From a virus (lineage: Duplodnaviria; Heunggongvirae; Uroviricota; Caudoviricetes): a DNA stretch of 64,000 nt. Made by a program: the position numbers and the translations under genes. Of the stretch, positions 1 to 12,569 are shown one piece after another. The notes beneath the pieces are model-generated. The model was not told the origin of the DNA. It saw only the letters and a program-made list of their open reading frames with translations, and did no database searches. The stretch lies in IMG/VR virus record IMGVR_UViG_2880412407_000002, one strand, 5' to 3'. Position 1 is the stretch's first letter. The number at the start of each line of letters is the position of its first letter.

Positions 1-717
1 GCCGGTACCACTCTGTGGGTTTACAACGGCAAGGGTGATGCTTATGCAAACCCGTTGTCAGACGATGACTGGCAGCGACTGGCTAAGGTGAAGGATCTGA
101 CGCCGGGCGAGATGACGGCAGAACCCTACGATGATAACTACCTGGATGATGAAGACGCGGACTGGACCGCGACCGGGCAGGGGCAGAAGTCTGCAGGAGA
201 TACCAGTTTTACGCTGGCCTGGAAACCGGGAGAAGAAGGTCAGAAAGGGCTTATAGGCTGGTTTGAAAGCGGGGATGTGCGGGCCTATAAAATCCGTTTC
301 CCAAATGGCACGGTGGATGTGTTCCGTGGCTGGGTCAGCAGTATCGGTAAGGCCGTGACGGCGAAAGAAGTGATCACCCGCACGGTGAAAGTGACCAACG
401 TGGGCAAACCTTCTGTAGCGGAAGAACGCAGCAAAATTACGCCGGTCACTGCGATTAAGGTGACGCCGACATCCGGTACGGTGGCAAAAGGGAAAACAAC
501 CACCCTGACGGTTTCTTTTGAGCCGGAAAGTGCAACCGACAAGACGTTCAGAGCGGTTTCCGCCGATCCGTCGAAAGCCACCATTAGTGTGAAAGATATG
601 ACAATTACGGTAAACGGCGTGGCGACAGGTAAGGTGCAGATCCCTGTGGTGAGCGGAAATGGTCAGTTCGCCGCAGTGGCTGAAGTCACCGTTACTGAAG
701 CGGGCGCTGCAGGGTAA
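1..717 (+). CDS. V: Major tail protein V, 5'-truncated by window edge
   Basis: Near-identical to the complete copy at 49549..50301; Ig-like C-terminal region; lambda gene order. Confidence 0.9.
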   Translation, partial: AGTTLWVYNGKGDAYANPLSDDDWQRLAKVKDLTPGEMTAEPYDDNYLDDEDADWTATGQGQKSAGDTSFTLAWKPGEEGQKGLIGWFESGDVRAYKIRFPNGTVDVFRGWVSSIGKAVTAKEVITRTVKVTNVGKPSVAEERSKITPVTAIKVTPTSGTVAKGKTTTLTVSFEPESATDKTFRAVSADPSKATISVKDMTITVNGVATGKVQIPVVSGNGQFAAVAEVTVTEAGAAG

Positions 718-730
718 ACGGAGGTCATAC

Positions 731-1153
731 ATGTTTCTGAAAACAGAACAATTTGAATATAACGGTGTGTCCGTCACGCTTTCCGAATTGTCTGCGCTGC
801 AGCGGTTTGATTATATAAAGTTTGTTTCAGACGCAGAACAACAGGAGACAACGAAGCATGATGTCGTGCACATTAACCAGCGATATCTGGAAACGGCATC
901 CCTGCTTGTGGCGATGTCGCTATGGCATTCCCATTCCCTCAAAGGCACTCTGGCCTCTCCGGAGACAGAGATGCAGCAGATCCGCCGTGAAGTGATGCTG
1001 GGATGGCCTGCTGATGCACTGAATCAGGCAACGAACCGGGTGCTTTATCTTTCAGGTATGCTGGATAACCGGCACGATGCCGATCCTGAACCAACCGGGA
1101 AAACAGAAGCGACTGAGCCGGTAACATCAAAAAAGCATTCGAAGGCGAGCTGA
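731..1153 (+). CDS. G: Tail assembly chaperone G
   Basis: MFLKTEQFEYNGVSVTLSELSALQR start; position between V and H. Confidence 0.85.
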   Translation: MFLKTEQFEYNGVSVTLSELSALQRFDYIKFVSDAEQQETTKHDVVHINQRYLETASLLVAMSLWHSHSLKGTLASPETEMQQIRREVMLGWPADALNQATNRVLYLSGMLDNRHDADPEPTGKTEATEPVTSKKHSKAS

Positions 1154-1488
1154 ACTTTGTCCTGAAACTGGCGCGTGAGATGGGGAGAGCCGACTGGCGC
1201 GCCATGCTTGCCGGGATGACATCCACCGAATATGCCGACTGGCGACGTTTTTACTGCACGCATTATTTTCAGGATACCCAGCTGGATATGCATTTTTCCG
1301 GGCTGACGTACGCCGTACTCAGCCTGTTTTTTTGCGATCCGGATATGCATCCGGCGGATTTCAGCCTGTTCGCTCCGGAGGCAGAGGAAGGGCAGGCGGA
1401 GACGCCGGACGAAAATGATGTACTGATGCAGAAGGCGGCGGGCCTCGCCGGTGGAGTCCGTTTCGGGGAGGAGGGAAGGAGGTTGTGA
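731..1488 (+). CDS. T: Tail assembly protein G-T, made by programmed -1 frameshift
   Basis: T frame (1180..1488) is -1 relative to G and overlaps the G 3' end; slippery A_AAA_AAG in the G zero frame. Confidence 0.7.
1129..1135 (+). promoter_or_regulatory. Putative -1 ribosomal slippery heptamer A_AAA_AAG for G-T
   Basis: Codons AAA (1130-1132) and AAG (1133-1135) are in the G frame, just before the G stop. Confidence 0.6.
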
Positions 1489-1531
1489 CAGTTATTGATG
1501 GTATCAGAGGACATTTCAGGAGGTGACCACG

Positions 1532-4176
1532 ATGGCAGGTAATTTTGCCGATCTGACAGCCGTGCTGACACTGGATTCTGCCCGTTTTTCTGAAGAGGCA
1601 GCGCGGGTAAAAAAAGAGCTGGGTGAAACCAGTGCGCTTGCTGATTTGATGTCCGGGAAAGTCAGTCAGTCTTTCAGAAAACAGGCTGATGCTGCTGAGC
1701 AGAGTCTGAGCCGACAGGCGCTGGCTGCACAAAAAGCCGGGATATCAGTCGGACAGTATAAGGCTGCCATGCGCACACTGCCCGCACAGTTCACGGATAT
1801 TGTCACTCAGCTTGCCGGTGGTCAGAATCCCTTCCTTATCATGCTGCAGCAGGGGGGGCAGATCAGCGATTCATTCGGTGGACCGCTCAGCCTGCTTACC
1901 CTGCTGAAGGAGGAACTTCTCGGGATCAGGGATGCCTCTGAATCATCAGAGGAGTCGCTGTCAGATACGGCAAATGCACTGGCTGAAAATGCCCGGAATG
2001 CCGGTGAGCTGGGACGATTTATGTCGGTGGCCCGTGTGGCGGCAGGTGGCGGGGTTGCCGTACTGGCCGCGCTTGCTGCCGCCGCCTGGCAGGCAGAGCA
2101 GGCTGACCGGGCCTTATTGCGTTCACTGACCCTGACCGGAGGGGCTGCTGCCACCACAACGGCAGAATTGTGGAAAATGGCCGGGGTGATCAGCGATGAA
2201 GCCGGTGGTGGTATCAGACAGGCGGCAGAAAATCTGGCCCGTCTGGCAGAAAGCGGGAAATATACCGCCGGGCAGCTACGGATCATGGGGGAAACCTCTC
2301 AGAGATGGCTGCAGACGGTGGGGGACGATGCCGGGAAGGTGGAAAAAGCCTTTGAAGGGATTGCAGCAGATCCGGTGAAGGCGCTGGCCTCCCTGAATCA
2401 GCAGTATAACTTCCTGAGCGTTTCCCAGTTACGCCATATTGATGAGCTTGAGCGCACGAAAGGTAAACAGGCTGCGGTGACGGAGGCGATGTCCCTGTTT
2501 GCGGATGTCATGAATGCACGTCTGGAGCAACTTGATAAAGCGGCCACGCCGGTGGAAAAAATCTGGGACGATGTTAAAACCTGGACTTCTGACGCATGGG
2601 CATGGATAGGTGATCATACACTGGGGGCACTCAGTCTGATCACTGACGTGGTGGCCGGAACCGTTGAACAAGTGAAGCTGCTGCTTGTGCAGGGGATCTG
2701 GCGCTGGCTGAATTTATTCAGTCAGCCTGGGAAACGACAAAGAATGTGCCCGGCGTTGGTGCGTTGTTTGGTGAACTGGCAGAAGAGAACCGCGTATTTA
2801 TTGAGAAAACAAAACGCGATGAACTGGCGCTGAGAAAATCCATTGCGGAACGGGATGCGCGTATACGCCAGGGGGAAATGGGGTACATCAACCGCTCGCG
2901 TGCAACAGGCGTCAGCAAAGGTCCTGGGCAGCAGGAAGCCGTCAGCCGTCTGGCTGAAGAGCTGACAGGTAAAAAGCATACATCACCGAAAACGCGCTCT
3001 GCCGGGGAGAGGGAAGAGGAGCAGGCAAGAGAGGCTCTGCTTGCCCTTGAAGCTGAGCTCAGGACGCTGGAAAAACACAGCGGTGCGAATGAGAAAATCA
3101 GTCGGCAGCGCCGTGATTTATGGAAGGCGGAAAGTCAGTATGCGGTCCTGAAAGAGGCTGCCACGAAACGGCAGTTATCCTGGCAGGAAAAATCCCTGCT
3201 GGCCCATGAGAAAGAGACGCTGGAGTACAAACGCCAGCTGGCTGACCTGGGCGACAAGGTTGAACACCAGAAACGCCTGAATGAGCTGGCACAGCAGGCG
3301 GTGCGGTTTGAAGAGCAGCAGAGCGCGAAGCAGGCCGCCATCAGCGCAAAAGCCCGCGGTCTCACTGACCGTCAGGCGCAGCGGGAGTCTGAAGCGCAGC
3401 GTCTTCGGGACGTGTACGGTGATAATCCGCAGGCGCTGGCCCGGGTCACCGGGGCACTGAAACAGACATGGGCGGATGAAGACATGCTGCGCGGTGACTG
3501 GCTGGCCGGGCTGAAGTCCGGCTGGGGGGAGTGGGCGGAAAGTGCGACGGACAGTTTTTCGCAGGTTAAAAGTGCTGCCACGCAGACCTTTGACGGTATT
3601 GCACAGAATATGGCGGCGATGCTGACCGGTGCAGAGGCAGACTGGCGGGGATTCACCCGTTCGGTGCTGTCCATGATGACAGAAATCCTGCTTAAACAGG
3701 CCATGGTGGGCATTGTCGGGCGTATCGGCAGCGCCATTGGCGGTGCTTTCGGTGGTGGTGCATCTGCTTCCTCGGGGACGGCCATTGAGGCTGCGGCGGC
3801 GAACTTCCATTTCGCGACCGGAGGATTTACGGGGACGGGCGGCAAATATGAGCCTGCGGGGATAGTTCACCGCGGGGAGTTTGTTTTCACGAAAGAGGCA
3901 ACCAGCCGGATAGGTGTGGGGAATCTTTACCGTCTGATGCGCGGCTATGCGGAAGGTGGTTATGTGGGTGGTGCCGGAAGTCCGGCGCAGATGCGGCGGG
4001 CGGAAGGTATTAATTTTAATCAGAACAATCACGTGGTGATTCAGAACGACGGTATCAACGGACAGGCGGGGCCGCAGCTGATGAAGGCGGTGTATGACAT
4101 GGCCCGCAAGGGGGCGCAGGATGAGCTCCGGCTGCAGTTGCGTGATGGCGGTATGTTATCAGGGAGCGGGCGATGA
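1532..4176 (+). pseudogene. H: Tail tape measure protein H, reading frame broken near 2692-2695 (G run)
   Basis: Two overlapping ORFs (1523..2833, 2746..4176); C-terminal half matches lambda H; possible sequencing artefact. Confidence 0.8.
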
Positions 4177-4502
4177 AAACATTTCGCTGGAAAGTGAAGC
4201 CGGATATGGAGGTGAACTCGCAGCCATCGGTGCGTGAAGTGCGTTTTGGTGACGGGTATTCGCAGCGTATGGCGGCGGGGCTGAATGCTGACCTGAAAAC
4301 ATACCGTGTGACGCTTTCCGTGACCCGGGAGGAGGCCCGGCATCTGGAAGCGTTCCTGGCAGAGCACGGTGGCTGGAAGGCGTTTCTGTGGACACCGCCT
4401 TATGCATACCGACAGATAAAGGTGACCTGTGCCGGGTGGTCTGCGCGGGTCGGGATGTTGCGCGTTGAGTTCAGCGCGGAGTTTAAGCAGGTGGTGAACT
4501 GA
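4173..4502 (+). CDS. M: Minor tail protein M
   Basis: 109 aa; start overlaps H stop; lambda order. Confidence 0.85.
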   Translation: MKTFRWKVKPDMEVNSQPSVREVRFGDGYSQRMAAGLNADLKTYRVTLSVTREEARHLEAFLAEHGGWKAFLWTPPYAYRQIKVTCAGWSARVGMLRVEFSAEFKQVVN

Positions 4503-5200
4503 TGCAGGATATTCACGAAGAAAGTCTGAACGAGTCGGTTAAATCAGAGCAGTCACCGCGGGTGGTACTCTGGGAAATCGACCTGACGGCGCAGGGCGGT
4601 GAGCGGTATTTTTTCTGCAATGAGCTGAATGAAAAAGGGGAGCCGGTGACCTGGCAGGGGCGTGAATATCAGGCGTACCCGATTGAGGGCAGCGGCTTTG
4701 AGATGAACGGAAAGGGCAGCAGTGCCCGCCCGTCGCTGACGGTGTCCAATCTGTTCGGTCTTGTCACCGGGATGGCGGAGGATTTGCAGAGCCTGGTGGG
4801 TGCCACGGTGGTCCGCCGCCGGGTGTATGCGCGTTTTCTGGATGCGGTGAACTTTGTGGCAGGCAATCCGGAGGCCGACCCGGAGCAGGAGCTGACTGAC
4901 CGGTGGGTGGTGGAGCAGATGTCAGAGCTGACGGCCATGACGGCCTCGTTTGTGCTGGCCACACCGACGGAGACGGACGGAGCGCTGTTTCCCGGTCGCA
5001 TCATGCTGGCGAACACCTGTATGTGGGATTACCGGGGAGATGAATGCGGGTATAACGGTCCTGCGGTGGCGGATGAGTTCGACAACCCCACCACGGATAT
5101 CCGTAAGGACAGATGCAGCAAGTGCATGCGCGGGTGTGAGATGCGCGGCATGGTGGCTAATTTTGGCGGTTTCCTTTCCATCAATAAACTTTCGCAGTAA
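4502..5200 (+). CDS. L: Minor tail protein L
   Basis: 232 aa; overlaps M stop (ATGA junction). Confidence 0.85.
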   Translation: MQDIHEESLNESVKSEQSPRVVLWEIDLTAQGGERYFFCNELNEKGEPVTWQGREYQAYPIEGSGFEMNGKGSSARPSLTVSNLFGLVTGMAEDLQSLVGATVVRRRVYARFLDAVNFVAGNPEADPEQELTDRWVVEQMSELTAMTASFVLATPTETDGALFPGRIMLANTCMWDYRGDECGYNGPAVADEFDNPTTDIRKDRCSKCMRGCEMRGMVANFGGFLSINKLSQ

Positions 5201-5210
5201 ATCCTGTTTT

Positions 5211-5954
5211 ATGACACAGACTGAATCAGCGATTCTGGTGCATGCCCGGCGGTGTGCGCCTGCGGAGTCGTGCGGCTTCGTGATAGGCACCCCGGAGGGC
5301 GAACGGTACCAGCCCTGCGTGAATATCTCCGCAGAGCCGGAGGCGTATTTTCGTATTGCGCCGGAAGACTGGCTGCAGGCAGAGATGCAGGGGGAGATTG
5401 TGGCGCTGGTTCACAGCCACCCTGGTGGTCTGCCCTGGCTGAGCGAGGCGGACCGGCGGCTGCAGATAAAGAGTGCCCTGCCCTGGTGGCTGGTCTGCCG
5501 GGGGGAAATTCACAAATTCCGCTGTGTGCCGCACCTGACCGGGCGTCGTTTTGAGCACGGGGTGACGGACTGTTACACCCTGTTCCGGGATGCATACCAT
5601 CTGGCGGGGATAACGCTGCCGGATTTTGTGCGTGAGGATGACTGGTGGCGCAACGGTCAGAACCTTTACCTGGACAATATGGCGGCGACTGGTTTTTACA
5701 GGATTTCCCTGCCTTCCGCACAGCCTGGCGATATCCTGCTGTGCTGCTTTGGCGCATCGGTGGCCAATCATGCCGCCATATACTGCGGCAACGGTGAGCT
5801 GCTTCACCATCTGCCTGAACAACTGAGTAAACGGGAGAGGTATTCCGAAAAATGGCAACGACGAACGCATTCAGCCTGGCGTCACCGCCACTGGCACGTA
5901 TCTGCCTTCACGGGGATTTACAACGATTTGGCCGCCGCCTCAGCCTGTATGTGA
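5211..5954 (+). CDS. K: Tail tip assembly protein K
   Basis: MTQTESAILVHARR start; HSHPGG motif typical of JAB/MPN domains; the 4950 ORF start is an upstream extension. Confidence 0.8.
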   Translation: MTQTESAILVHARRCAPAESCGFVIGTPEGERYQPCVNISAEPEAYFRIAPEDWLQAEMQGEIVALVHSHPGGLPWLSEADRRLQIKSALPWWLVCRGEIHKFRCVPHLTGRRFEHGVTDCYTLFRDAYHLAGITLPDFVREDDWWRNGQNLYLDNMAATGFYRISLPSAQPGDILLCCFGASVANHAAIYCGNGELLHHLPEQLSKRERYSEKWQRRTHSAWRHRHWHVSAFTGIYNDLAAASACM

Positions 5955-6532
5955 ACACGGCAGCGGAAGCCATCCGTGCCCTGTCGATGCAGATGCCGGG
6001 ATTCCGCCGTCAGATGAACGAAGGCTGGTACCAGATACGTATTGCCGGTGATGACACGGCACCGGAGGCGGTGTACGCCCGTCTTCACGAACAGCTGGGT
6101 GAGGGAACGGTCATCCACATTGTGCCGCGACTGGCCGGGGCCGGAAAGGGCGGACTGCAGATTGTGCTGGGGGCGGCAGCCATCGTGGGGTCGTTCTTCA
6201 CGGCCGGGGCATCAATGGCGTTATGGGGTTCAGCCCTGGCAGCCGGTGGTTTTTCTGCCACCACGATGCTGTTTTCTCTGGGGGCCAGCATGATTCTGGG
6301 TGGTGTGGCTCAGATGCTGGCCCCGAAGGCTAAAGTACCGGAGTACAAAAGCACGGATAACGGCAGACAGAACACGTACTTTTCCTCGCTGGATAACATG
6401 ATTGCTCAGGGGAACCCGATGCCGGTGCCTTACGGTGAAATGCTGGTTGGTTCACGACGGATATCCCAGGACATCAGCACCCGTGATGAGGGCGGGGGCG
6501 GAAAGGTCGTGGTTATCGGGCGGCAGAGGTAA
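5852..6532 (+). CDS. I: Tail tip assembly protein I (true start uncertain)
   Basis: Matches lambda I pattern ARICLxGDLQRFGRR; overlaps K 3' end. Confidence 0.75.
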   Translation: MATTNAFSLASPPLARICLHGDLQRFGRRLSLYVNTAAEAIRALSMQMPGFRRQMNEGWYQIRIAGDDTAPEAVYARLHEQLGEGTVIHIVPRLAGAGKGGLQIVLGAAAIVGSFFTAGASMALWGSALAAGGFSATTMLFSLGASMILGGVAQMLAPKAKVPEYKSTDNGRQNTYFSSLDNMIAQGNPMPVPYGEMLVGSRRISQDISTRDEGGGGKVVVIGRQR

Positions 6533-6780
6533 AAAGAATAAAAAAATCCCGCAGTGTATGGAGGCTGCGGGAACAGAAAATGAAGATTAACCACAGGGAG
6601 TTTTGTTTTTATTGGCCCGAAAAAACTGTAACGCCCGGGAATGATATCTGCCACGGGGGCGTACAGAAAATGTGAAGAAATTCAGAAATTTTATTCCGTC
6701 ATGACACAGGCACCCTCCGGGGTGCCTGTCGTTTTTGGGGCATAAACAGATTCAGACATCAGACAGGAGAGGGGGACAGA

Positions 6781-9700
6781 GTGGGTAAAGGGGGCGGCAA
6801 GGCGCACACGCCGGTAGAGGCAAAGGACAATCTTAAGTCCACGCAGATGATGAGCGTGATTGACGCCATTGGTGAAGGGCCGATTGAAGGTCCGGTGAAG
6901 GGGCTGCAGAGTATCCTGGTGAACAAAACCCCGCTGACGGACACGGACGGTAATCCTGTGATACATGGTGTGACAGCGGTCTGGCGCGCCGGGGAGCAGG
7001 AGCAGACACCGCCGGAAGGCTTTGAGTCCTCCGGGGCGGAAACCGCACTGGGCGTGGAAGTGACGAAGGCAAAGCCGGTGACGCGCACCATTACGTCCGC
7101 GAACATTGACCGCCTGCGGGTCACCTTCGGGGTGCAGTCACTGTTGGAGACCACCTCAAAGGGCGACCGTAATCACTCTTCTGTCCGACTGCTGATTCAG
7201 TTGCAGCGTAACGGTAACTGGGTGACGGAAAAGGATGTCACCATTAACGGCAAGACCACCTCGCAGTTTCTGGCGTCGGTGATTCTGGGTAATCTGCCGC
7301 CCCGGCCCTTTAACATCCGGATGGTCAGGGAGACGGCGGACAGCACCACGGACCAGCTGCAGAATAAGACGCTCTGGTCGTCATACACCGAAATCATCGA
7401 TGTGAAACAGTGCTACCCGAACACGGCGATTGTGGGGCTGCAGGTGGATGCGGAGCAGTTTGGTGGCCAGCAGATGACGGTGAACTACCATATCCGCGGT
7501 CGCATCATTCAGGTACCGTCAAACTATGACCCGGAAAAACGCACTTACAGCGGTATCTGGGACGGCAGCCTGAAACCGGCATACAGCAATAACCCGGCCT
7601 GGTGCCTGTGGGACATGCTGACCCACCCGCGCTACGGAATGGGAAAACGTCTGGGGGCGGCGGATGTGGACAAGTGGGCGCTGTATGCCATCGGGCAGTA
7701 CTGCGACCAGACGGTCCCGGATGGTTTCGGGGGCACAGAGCCGCGGATGACCTTTAATGCGTACCTGTCACAACAGCGTAAGGCGTGGGACGTTCTCAGT
7801 GATTTCTGCTCGGCGATGCGCTGTATGCCGGTATGGAACGGGCAGACGCTGACGTTTGTGCAGGACCGTCCGTCAGATGTGGTGTGGCCCTACACAAACA
7901 GTGATGTGGTGGCTGACAATGAAGGTGTGGGATTCCGCTACAGTTTCAGCGCCCTGAAGGACCGTCATACTGCGGTGGAGGTGAATTACACCGACCCGCA
8001 TAACGGCTGGCAGACCTCCACGGAACTGGTGGAAGACCCGGAAGCCATACTGCGCTACGGACGCAACCTGCTGAAGATGGATGCGTTCGGCTGCACCAGT
8101 CGCGGTCAGGCCCACCGTGCCGGGCTGTGGGTGATAAAGACCGGACTGCTGGAAACGCAGACGGTGGATTTCACGCTCGGGTCACAGGGGCTGCGTCACA
8201 CACCCGGTGACATTATTGAAATCTGTGATAACGACTATGCCGGGACCATGACCGGCGGACGTGTCCTGTCCATCGATGCCGCCAGCCGCACCCTGACGCT
8301 GGACCGTGAGGTGACACTGCCGGAGACAGGTACATCGGCGGTGAACCTGATTAACGGCAGCGGTAAGCCGGTGAGTGTGGACATCACCGCACACCCCGCG
8401 CCGGACCGGATACAGGTCAGTACCCTGCCTGATGGTGTGGAGACATACGGGGTGTGGGGACTCTCCCTGCCGTCACTGCGCCGTCGCCTGTTCCGCTGTG
8501 TCTCCATCCGGGAAAACACGGACGGCACCTTTGCCATCACGGCGGTGCAGCACGTACCGGAAAAGGAAGCCATCGTGGATAACGGGGCCAGCTTTGAGCC
8601 GCAGTCAGGCACCCTGAACAGCGTCATCCCTCCGGCAGTGCAGCACCTGACGGTGGAGGTGAGCGCAGCTGACGGCCAGTATCTGGCGCAGGCGAAATGG
8701 GACACGCCGCGGGTGGTGAAGGGCGTGCGCTTCAGTCTGCGCCTGACCAGTGGAAGCGGTGAGGACAGCCGTCTGGTGACCACCGCCATCACCGCGGATA
8801 CAGAGCACCGTTTCAGCGGTCTGCCGCCGGGGGAATACACCCTGACGGTCAGGGCGATTAACAGTTATGGCCAGCAGGGGGAACCGGCCACCACCACGTT
8901 CAGGATTAATGCACCTGCGGTACCCGCCACGATTGAGCTGACACCGGGCTATTTTCAGATAACAGCGGTCCCGCGTCTTGCGGTGTATGACCCGACGGTA
9001 CAGTTTGAGTTCTGGTTTTCGGAGACAAAAATCGCAGACACATCTCAGGTGGAAACCTCTGCCCGTTATCTGGGGACCGGCAGTCAGTGGAGTGTATCCG
9101 GCCCGCACATTAAGCCCGGGAAGGATTTCTGGTTTTACGTGCGCAGCGTCAACCTGGTGGGGAAATCTGCTTTTGTGGAAGCCAGTGGCCGGGCCAGCAA
9201 TGATGCAGAAGGGTATCTGGGGCTGTTTCGGGAAAAAATAGGAAAACTGCATCTGGCTCAGGGGCTGTGGGAGCTGATAGATAACAGCCAGCTTGCGGAT
9301 GAGATGGCGGAGATGAAGACCTCCATCACCGAAACCCGCAATGAAATCACACAGACGGTCAGTAAAACGCTGGAGGACCAGAGCGCCATCATACAGCAGA
9401 TACAGCGCGTGCAGAAGGACACAAATGATGACCTTGCTGCACTTTACATGCTGAAGGTACAGAAAACAAAAAATGGCATACCCTATGTTGCCGGTATTGG
9501 AGCGGGGATTGAGGATACTGATGGCCAGCCACTGAGCAACATACTGCTGCTGGCTGACCGTATCGCGATGATAAATCCGGAGAGCGGCAACAGCACGCCG
9601 TTATTTGTGGCGCAGGGGAATCAGCTGTTCATGAACGACGTGTTCCTGAAACGACTGTTTGCGGTGAGCATCACGTCATCCGGCAATCCTCCGGCATTTT

Positions 9701-10257
9701 CCCTGACGCCGGACGGGCGACTGACGGCGAAAAATGCGGATATCAGTGGCAGTGTGAATGCGAACTCAGGGACGCTCAACAACGTCACGATTAATGAGAA
9801 CTGTCAGATTAAGGGGAAACTGTCAGCCAACCAGATTGAAGGCGATATTGTCAAAACGGTCAGCAAGTCTTTCCCCCGCACGAGCACTTATGCCAGTGGC
9901 ACCATCACGGTAAGAATCAGTGATGATCAGAAGTTTGACCGGCAGGTCATGATACCGCCAGTGTTATTCCGCGGTGGTAAGCATGAGAATTTCAACAGTA
10001 ATAACCAACAGTCATACTGGTATTCAACCTGCCGGTTAAGAGTGACCCGCAATGGTCAGGAGATTTTTAATCAGTCCACGACGGATGCTCAGGGCGTATT
10101 TTCCTCAGTTATAGATATGCCTGCCGGACAGGGGACGCTGACACTGACATTCACCGTATCTTCATCAGGAGCGAATAACTGGACACCAACAACCAGTATC
10201 AGCGATCTGCTGGTTGTGGTGATGAAAAAATCCACAGCAGGTATCAGTATCAGCTGA
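6781..10257 (+). CDS. J: Tip attachment / host specificity protein J (GTG start)
   Basis: 1158 aa; lambda J-like N-terminus [23 protein letters not shown]-terminal region diverges from copy B. Confidence 0.9.
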   Translation: MGKGGGKAHTPVEAKDNLKSTQMMSVIDAIGEGPIEGPVKGLQSILVNKTPLTDTDGNPVIHGVTAVWRAGEQEQTPPEGFESSGAETALGVEVTKAKPVTRTITSANIDRLRVTFGVQSLLETTSKGDRNHSSVRLLIQLQRNGNWVTEKDVTINGKTTSQFLASVILGNLPPRPFNIRMVRETADSTTDQLQNKTLWSSYTEIIDVKQCYPNTAIVGLQVDAEQFGGQQMTVNYHIRGRIIQVPSNYDPEKRTYSGIWDGSLKPAYSNNPAWCLWDMLTHPRYGMGKRLGAADVDKWALYAIGQYCDQTVPDGFGGTEPRMTFNAYLSQQRKAWDVLSDFCSAMRCMPVWNGQTLTFVQDRPSDVVWPYTNSDVVADNEGVGFRYSFSALKDRHTAVEVNYTDPHNGWQTSTELVEDPEAILRYGRNLLKMDAFGCTSRGQAHRAGLWVIKTGLLETQTVDFTLGSQGLRHTPGDIIEICDNDYAGTMTGGRVLSIDAASRTLTLDREVTLPETGTSAVNLINGSGKPVSVDITAHPAPDRIQVSTLPDGVETYGVWGLSLPSLRRRLFRCVSIRENTDGTFAITAVQHVPEKEAIVDNGASFEPQSGTLNSVIPPAVQHLTVEVSAADGQYLAQAKWDTPRVVKGVRFSLRLTSGSGEDSRLVTTAITADTEHRFSGLPPGEYTLTVRAINSYGQQGEPATTTFRINAPAVPATIELTPGYFQITAVPRLAVYDPTVQFEFWFSETKIADTSQVETSARYLGTGSQWSVSGPHIKPGKDFWFYVRSVNLVGKSAFVEASGRASNDAEGYLGLFREKIGKLHLAQGLWELIDNSQLADEMAEMKTSITETRNEITQTVSKTLEDQSAIIQQIQRVQKDTNDDLAALYMLKVQKTKNGIPYVAGIGAGIEDTDGQPLSNILLLADRIAMINPESGNSTPLFVAQGNQLFMNDVFLKRLFAVSITSSGNPPAFSLTPDGRLTAKNADISGSVNANSGTLNNVTINENCQIKGKLSANQIEGDIVKTVSKSFPRTSTYASGTITVRISDDQKFDRQVMIPPVLFRGGKHENFNSNNQQSYWYSTCRLRVTRNGQEIFNQSTTDAQGVFSSVIDMPAGQGTLTLTFTVSSSGANNWTPTTSISDLLVVVMKKSTAGISIS

Positions 10258-10323
10258 ATTTTATAACCCAGAACGGGCGTCAGAAATGACGCCTTTTTTA
10301 TTGCAGAAAAGCGAGAGGTAATT

Positions 10324-10922
10324 ATGCGTAAACTTTATGCCGCCATTTTGTCCGCAGCCATCTGTCTGGCCGTATCCGGCGCGCCTGCATGGGCGTCTGA
10401 GCAGCAGGCCACGCTGAGCGCGGGGTATCTTCATGCCCGGACGAGCGCTCCCGGCAGCGATGATCTTAACGGGATTAACGTGAAATACCGTTATGAGTTT
10501 ACGGACACACTGGGGATGGTGACGTCGTTCAGCTATGCAGGAGACAAGAATCGCCAGATTACCCGTTACAGCGATACCCGCTGGCATGAAGATTCCGTTC
10601 GTAACCGCTGGTTCAGCGTAATGGCGGGGCCGTCTGTGCGCGTGAATGAATGGTTCAGCGCGTATGCGATGGCGGGTGTGGCTTACAGCCGTGTGTCGAC
10701 TTTCTCCGGGATTATCTTCGCGTAACTGACAACAAGGGGAAAACGCACGATGTGCTGACCGGAAGTGATGACGGTCGCCACAGCAACACGTCTCTGGCGT
10801 GGGGAGCTGGCGTGCAGTTTAACCCGACCGAATCCGTGGCCATTGATATTGCTTATGAAGGTTCTGGCAGTGGTGACTGGCGCACTGACGGGTTCATCGT
10901 GGGTGTTGGTTATAAATTCTGA
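10324..10922 (+). pseudogene. lom: Outer membrane protein Lom, frame broken near 10708-10710
   Basis: Two ORFs (10324..10725, 10650..10922) together match the intact 199-aa copy at 59696..60295; GGG here versus GGGG there. Confidence 0.8.
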
Positions 10923-10986
10923 TTAGCCAGGTAACACAGTGTTATGACAGCCCGCCGGTTCAGGCGGGCTTTTTTGTGGGGTGAAT

Positions 10987-12298
10987 ATGGCAGTAAAGAT
11001 TTCAGGTGTACTGAAAGACGGCACAGGAAAACCGGTAGAGAACTGCACCATTCAACTGAAAGCCAGACGGACCAGCAGCACGGTGGTGGTGAACACGGTG
11101 GCCTCTGAAAATCCGGATGAAGCCGGTCGTTACAGCATGGACGTTGAGTACGGTCAGTACAGAGTCATTCTGTTGGTGGAAGGATTCCCGCCGTCACATG
11201 CCGGGACCATCACCGTGTATGAAGATTCTCAACCCGGTACGCTGAATGATTTTCTCGGTGCCATGTCGGAGGATGACGTCCGGCCGGAGGCACTGCGCCG
11301 TTTTGAACTGATGGTGGAAGAGGTGGCGCGTCACGCTGAGGAGGCGAAGAAGAATGCCGGAGAGGCGGAGACGTCAGCAAGGAATGCCGGCATATCAGCC
11401 AGTCAGGCAGAAAAGAGCGCTGCACATGCTGACACTTCAGCAGGATATGCATCGGAGTCAGCCCGGCAGGCGGCAGAAAGTGCAGCCTCAGCAAAGCAGT
11501 CAGAGGAGGCGTCCTCGTCCTCGGCCTCTGAGGCCGCTCAAAAAGCCAGTGAGTCATCACAAAGTGCAGCAGAAGCTGAATTGTCAAGAAAGACGGCAGA
11601 AAGTGCAGCCGGTAATGCAGCCAGGGATGCAACGACCGCAACAGAAAAAGCCCGGGAGTCAGCAGAAAGCGCACAGTCAGCGGAACAAAGCAGGATAGCG
11701 GCGGAAGAAGCCGTAAACAGAATCCCCACCGTGGTGGGACCTCCCGGGCCAAAGGGGAACAGGGGCCCGCGGGTCCTCAGGGCTGAAGGGGGATAAGGGA
11801 GAGCGTGGTGACACCGGCCCTGTCGGGGCAACCGGCGAACGGGGACCGGCAGGTGATGCTGGTCCGGCAGGCCCGCAGGGGCCGAAAGGTGACAGGGGAG
11901 AGCGGGGAGAGACCGGTCTGACGGGAAATGCAGGTCCACAGGGTCCAAAGGGAGATACCGGTGCGGCAGGCCCGGCAGGCCCACAGGGACCGAAAGGAGA
12001 AACAGGTGCGGCTGGCCCGGTGGGGGCAACCGGACCTCAGGGACCGAAGGGCGACCCGGGGGAGACACAAATCCGTTTTCGTCTGGGGCCGGCGAGCATT
12101 ATTGAGACAAACAGCAATGGCTGGTTCCCGGATACAGATGGCGCACTCATCACCGGACTGACCTTTCTTGACCCCAAAGATGCCACACGGGTTCAGGGAC
12201 TGTTTCAGCATTTGCAGGTCAGATTTGGCGACGGGCCGTGGCAGGATGTCAAGGGGCTGGATGAAGTGGGCAGTGATACAGGCAGAACAGGAGAATGA
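10987..12298 (+). pseudogene. stf: Side tail fibre with collagen-like Gly-X-Y repeats, two frame breaks in G runs (about 11754 and 11780-11792)
   Basis: ORFs 10981..11796 and 12020..12298 match the intact copy at 60360..61673. Confidence 0.75.
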
Positions 12299-12299
12299 C

Positions 12300-12569
12300 A
12301 TGAATATACTAAAAAAACTTATGCAGCGTCTGTGCGGTTGCGGAAAGCATGATGACCGTGAACACGGGGAGTTACTTACAGCACAGCTGCGACTGGGGCC
12401 GGCAGACATCCTGGAGTCAGATGAGAATGGCATTATCCCGGAGCAGGACAGGGTAATCACGCAGGTGGTGATACTGGATGCGGATAAAAAGCAGATACAG
12501 TGCGTGGTAAGACCGCTGCAAATCCTGCGTGCTGACGGGACGTGGGAAAATATTGGCGGGATGAAGTAA
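12300..12569 (+). CDS. Conserved 89-aa protein immediately after the tail fibre gene, function unknown
   Basis: MNILKKLMQRLCGCGKHD start; second copy at 61675..61944 and a 3' fragment at 62650..62783. Confidence 0.6.
   Translation: MNILKKLMQRLCGCGKHDDREHGELLTAQLRLGPADILESDENGIIPEQDRVITQVVILDADKKQIQCVVRPLQILRADGTWENIGGMK

Noticed and set aside
3175-4032. Long minus-strand ORFs antisense to H, J and the tail fibre (3175..4032, 52744..53976, 57078..58178, 8605..9252, 60583..61443, 11777..12637)
   Set aside because: They lie entirely inside well-supported plus-strand phage genes in GC-rich sequence and their translations are Arg/Pro/Cys-rich low-complexity; read as antisense artefacts.
4950-5954. 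334-aa ORF suggesting a K protein that overlaps gene L
   Set aside because: The N-terminal 87 residues are an out-of-frame read through the L 3' end; the conserved K sequence begins at the Met at 5211.
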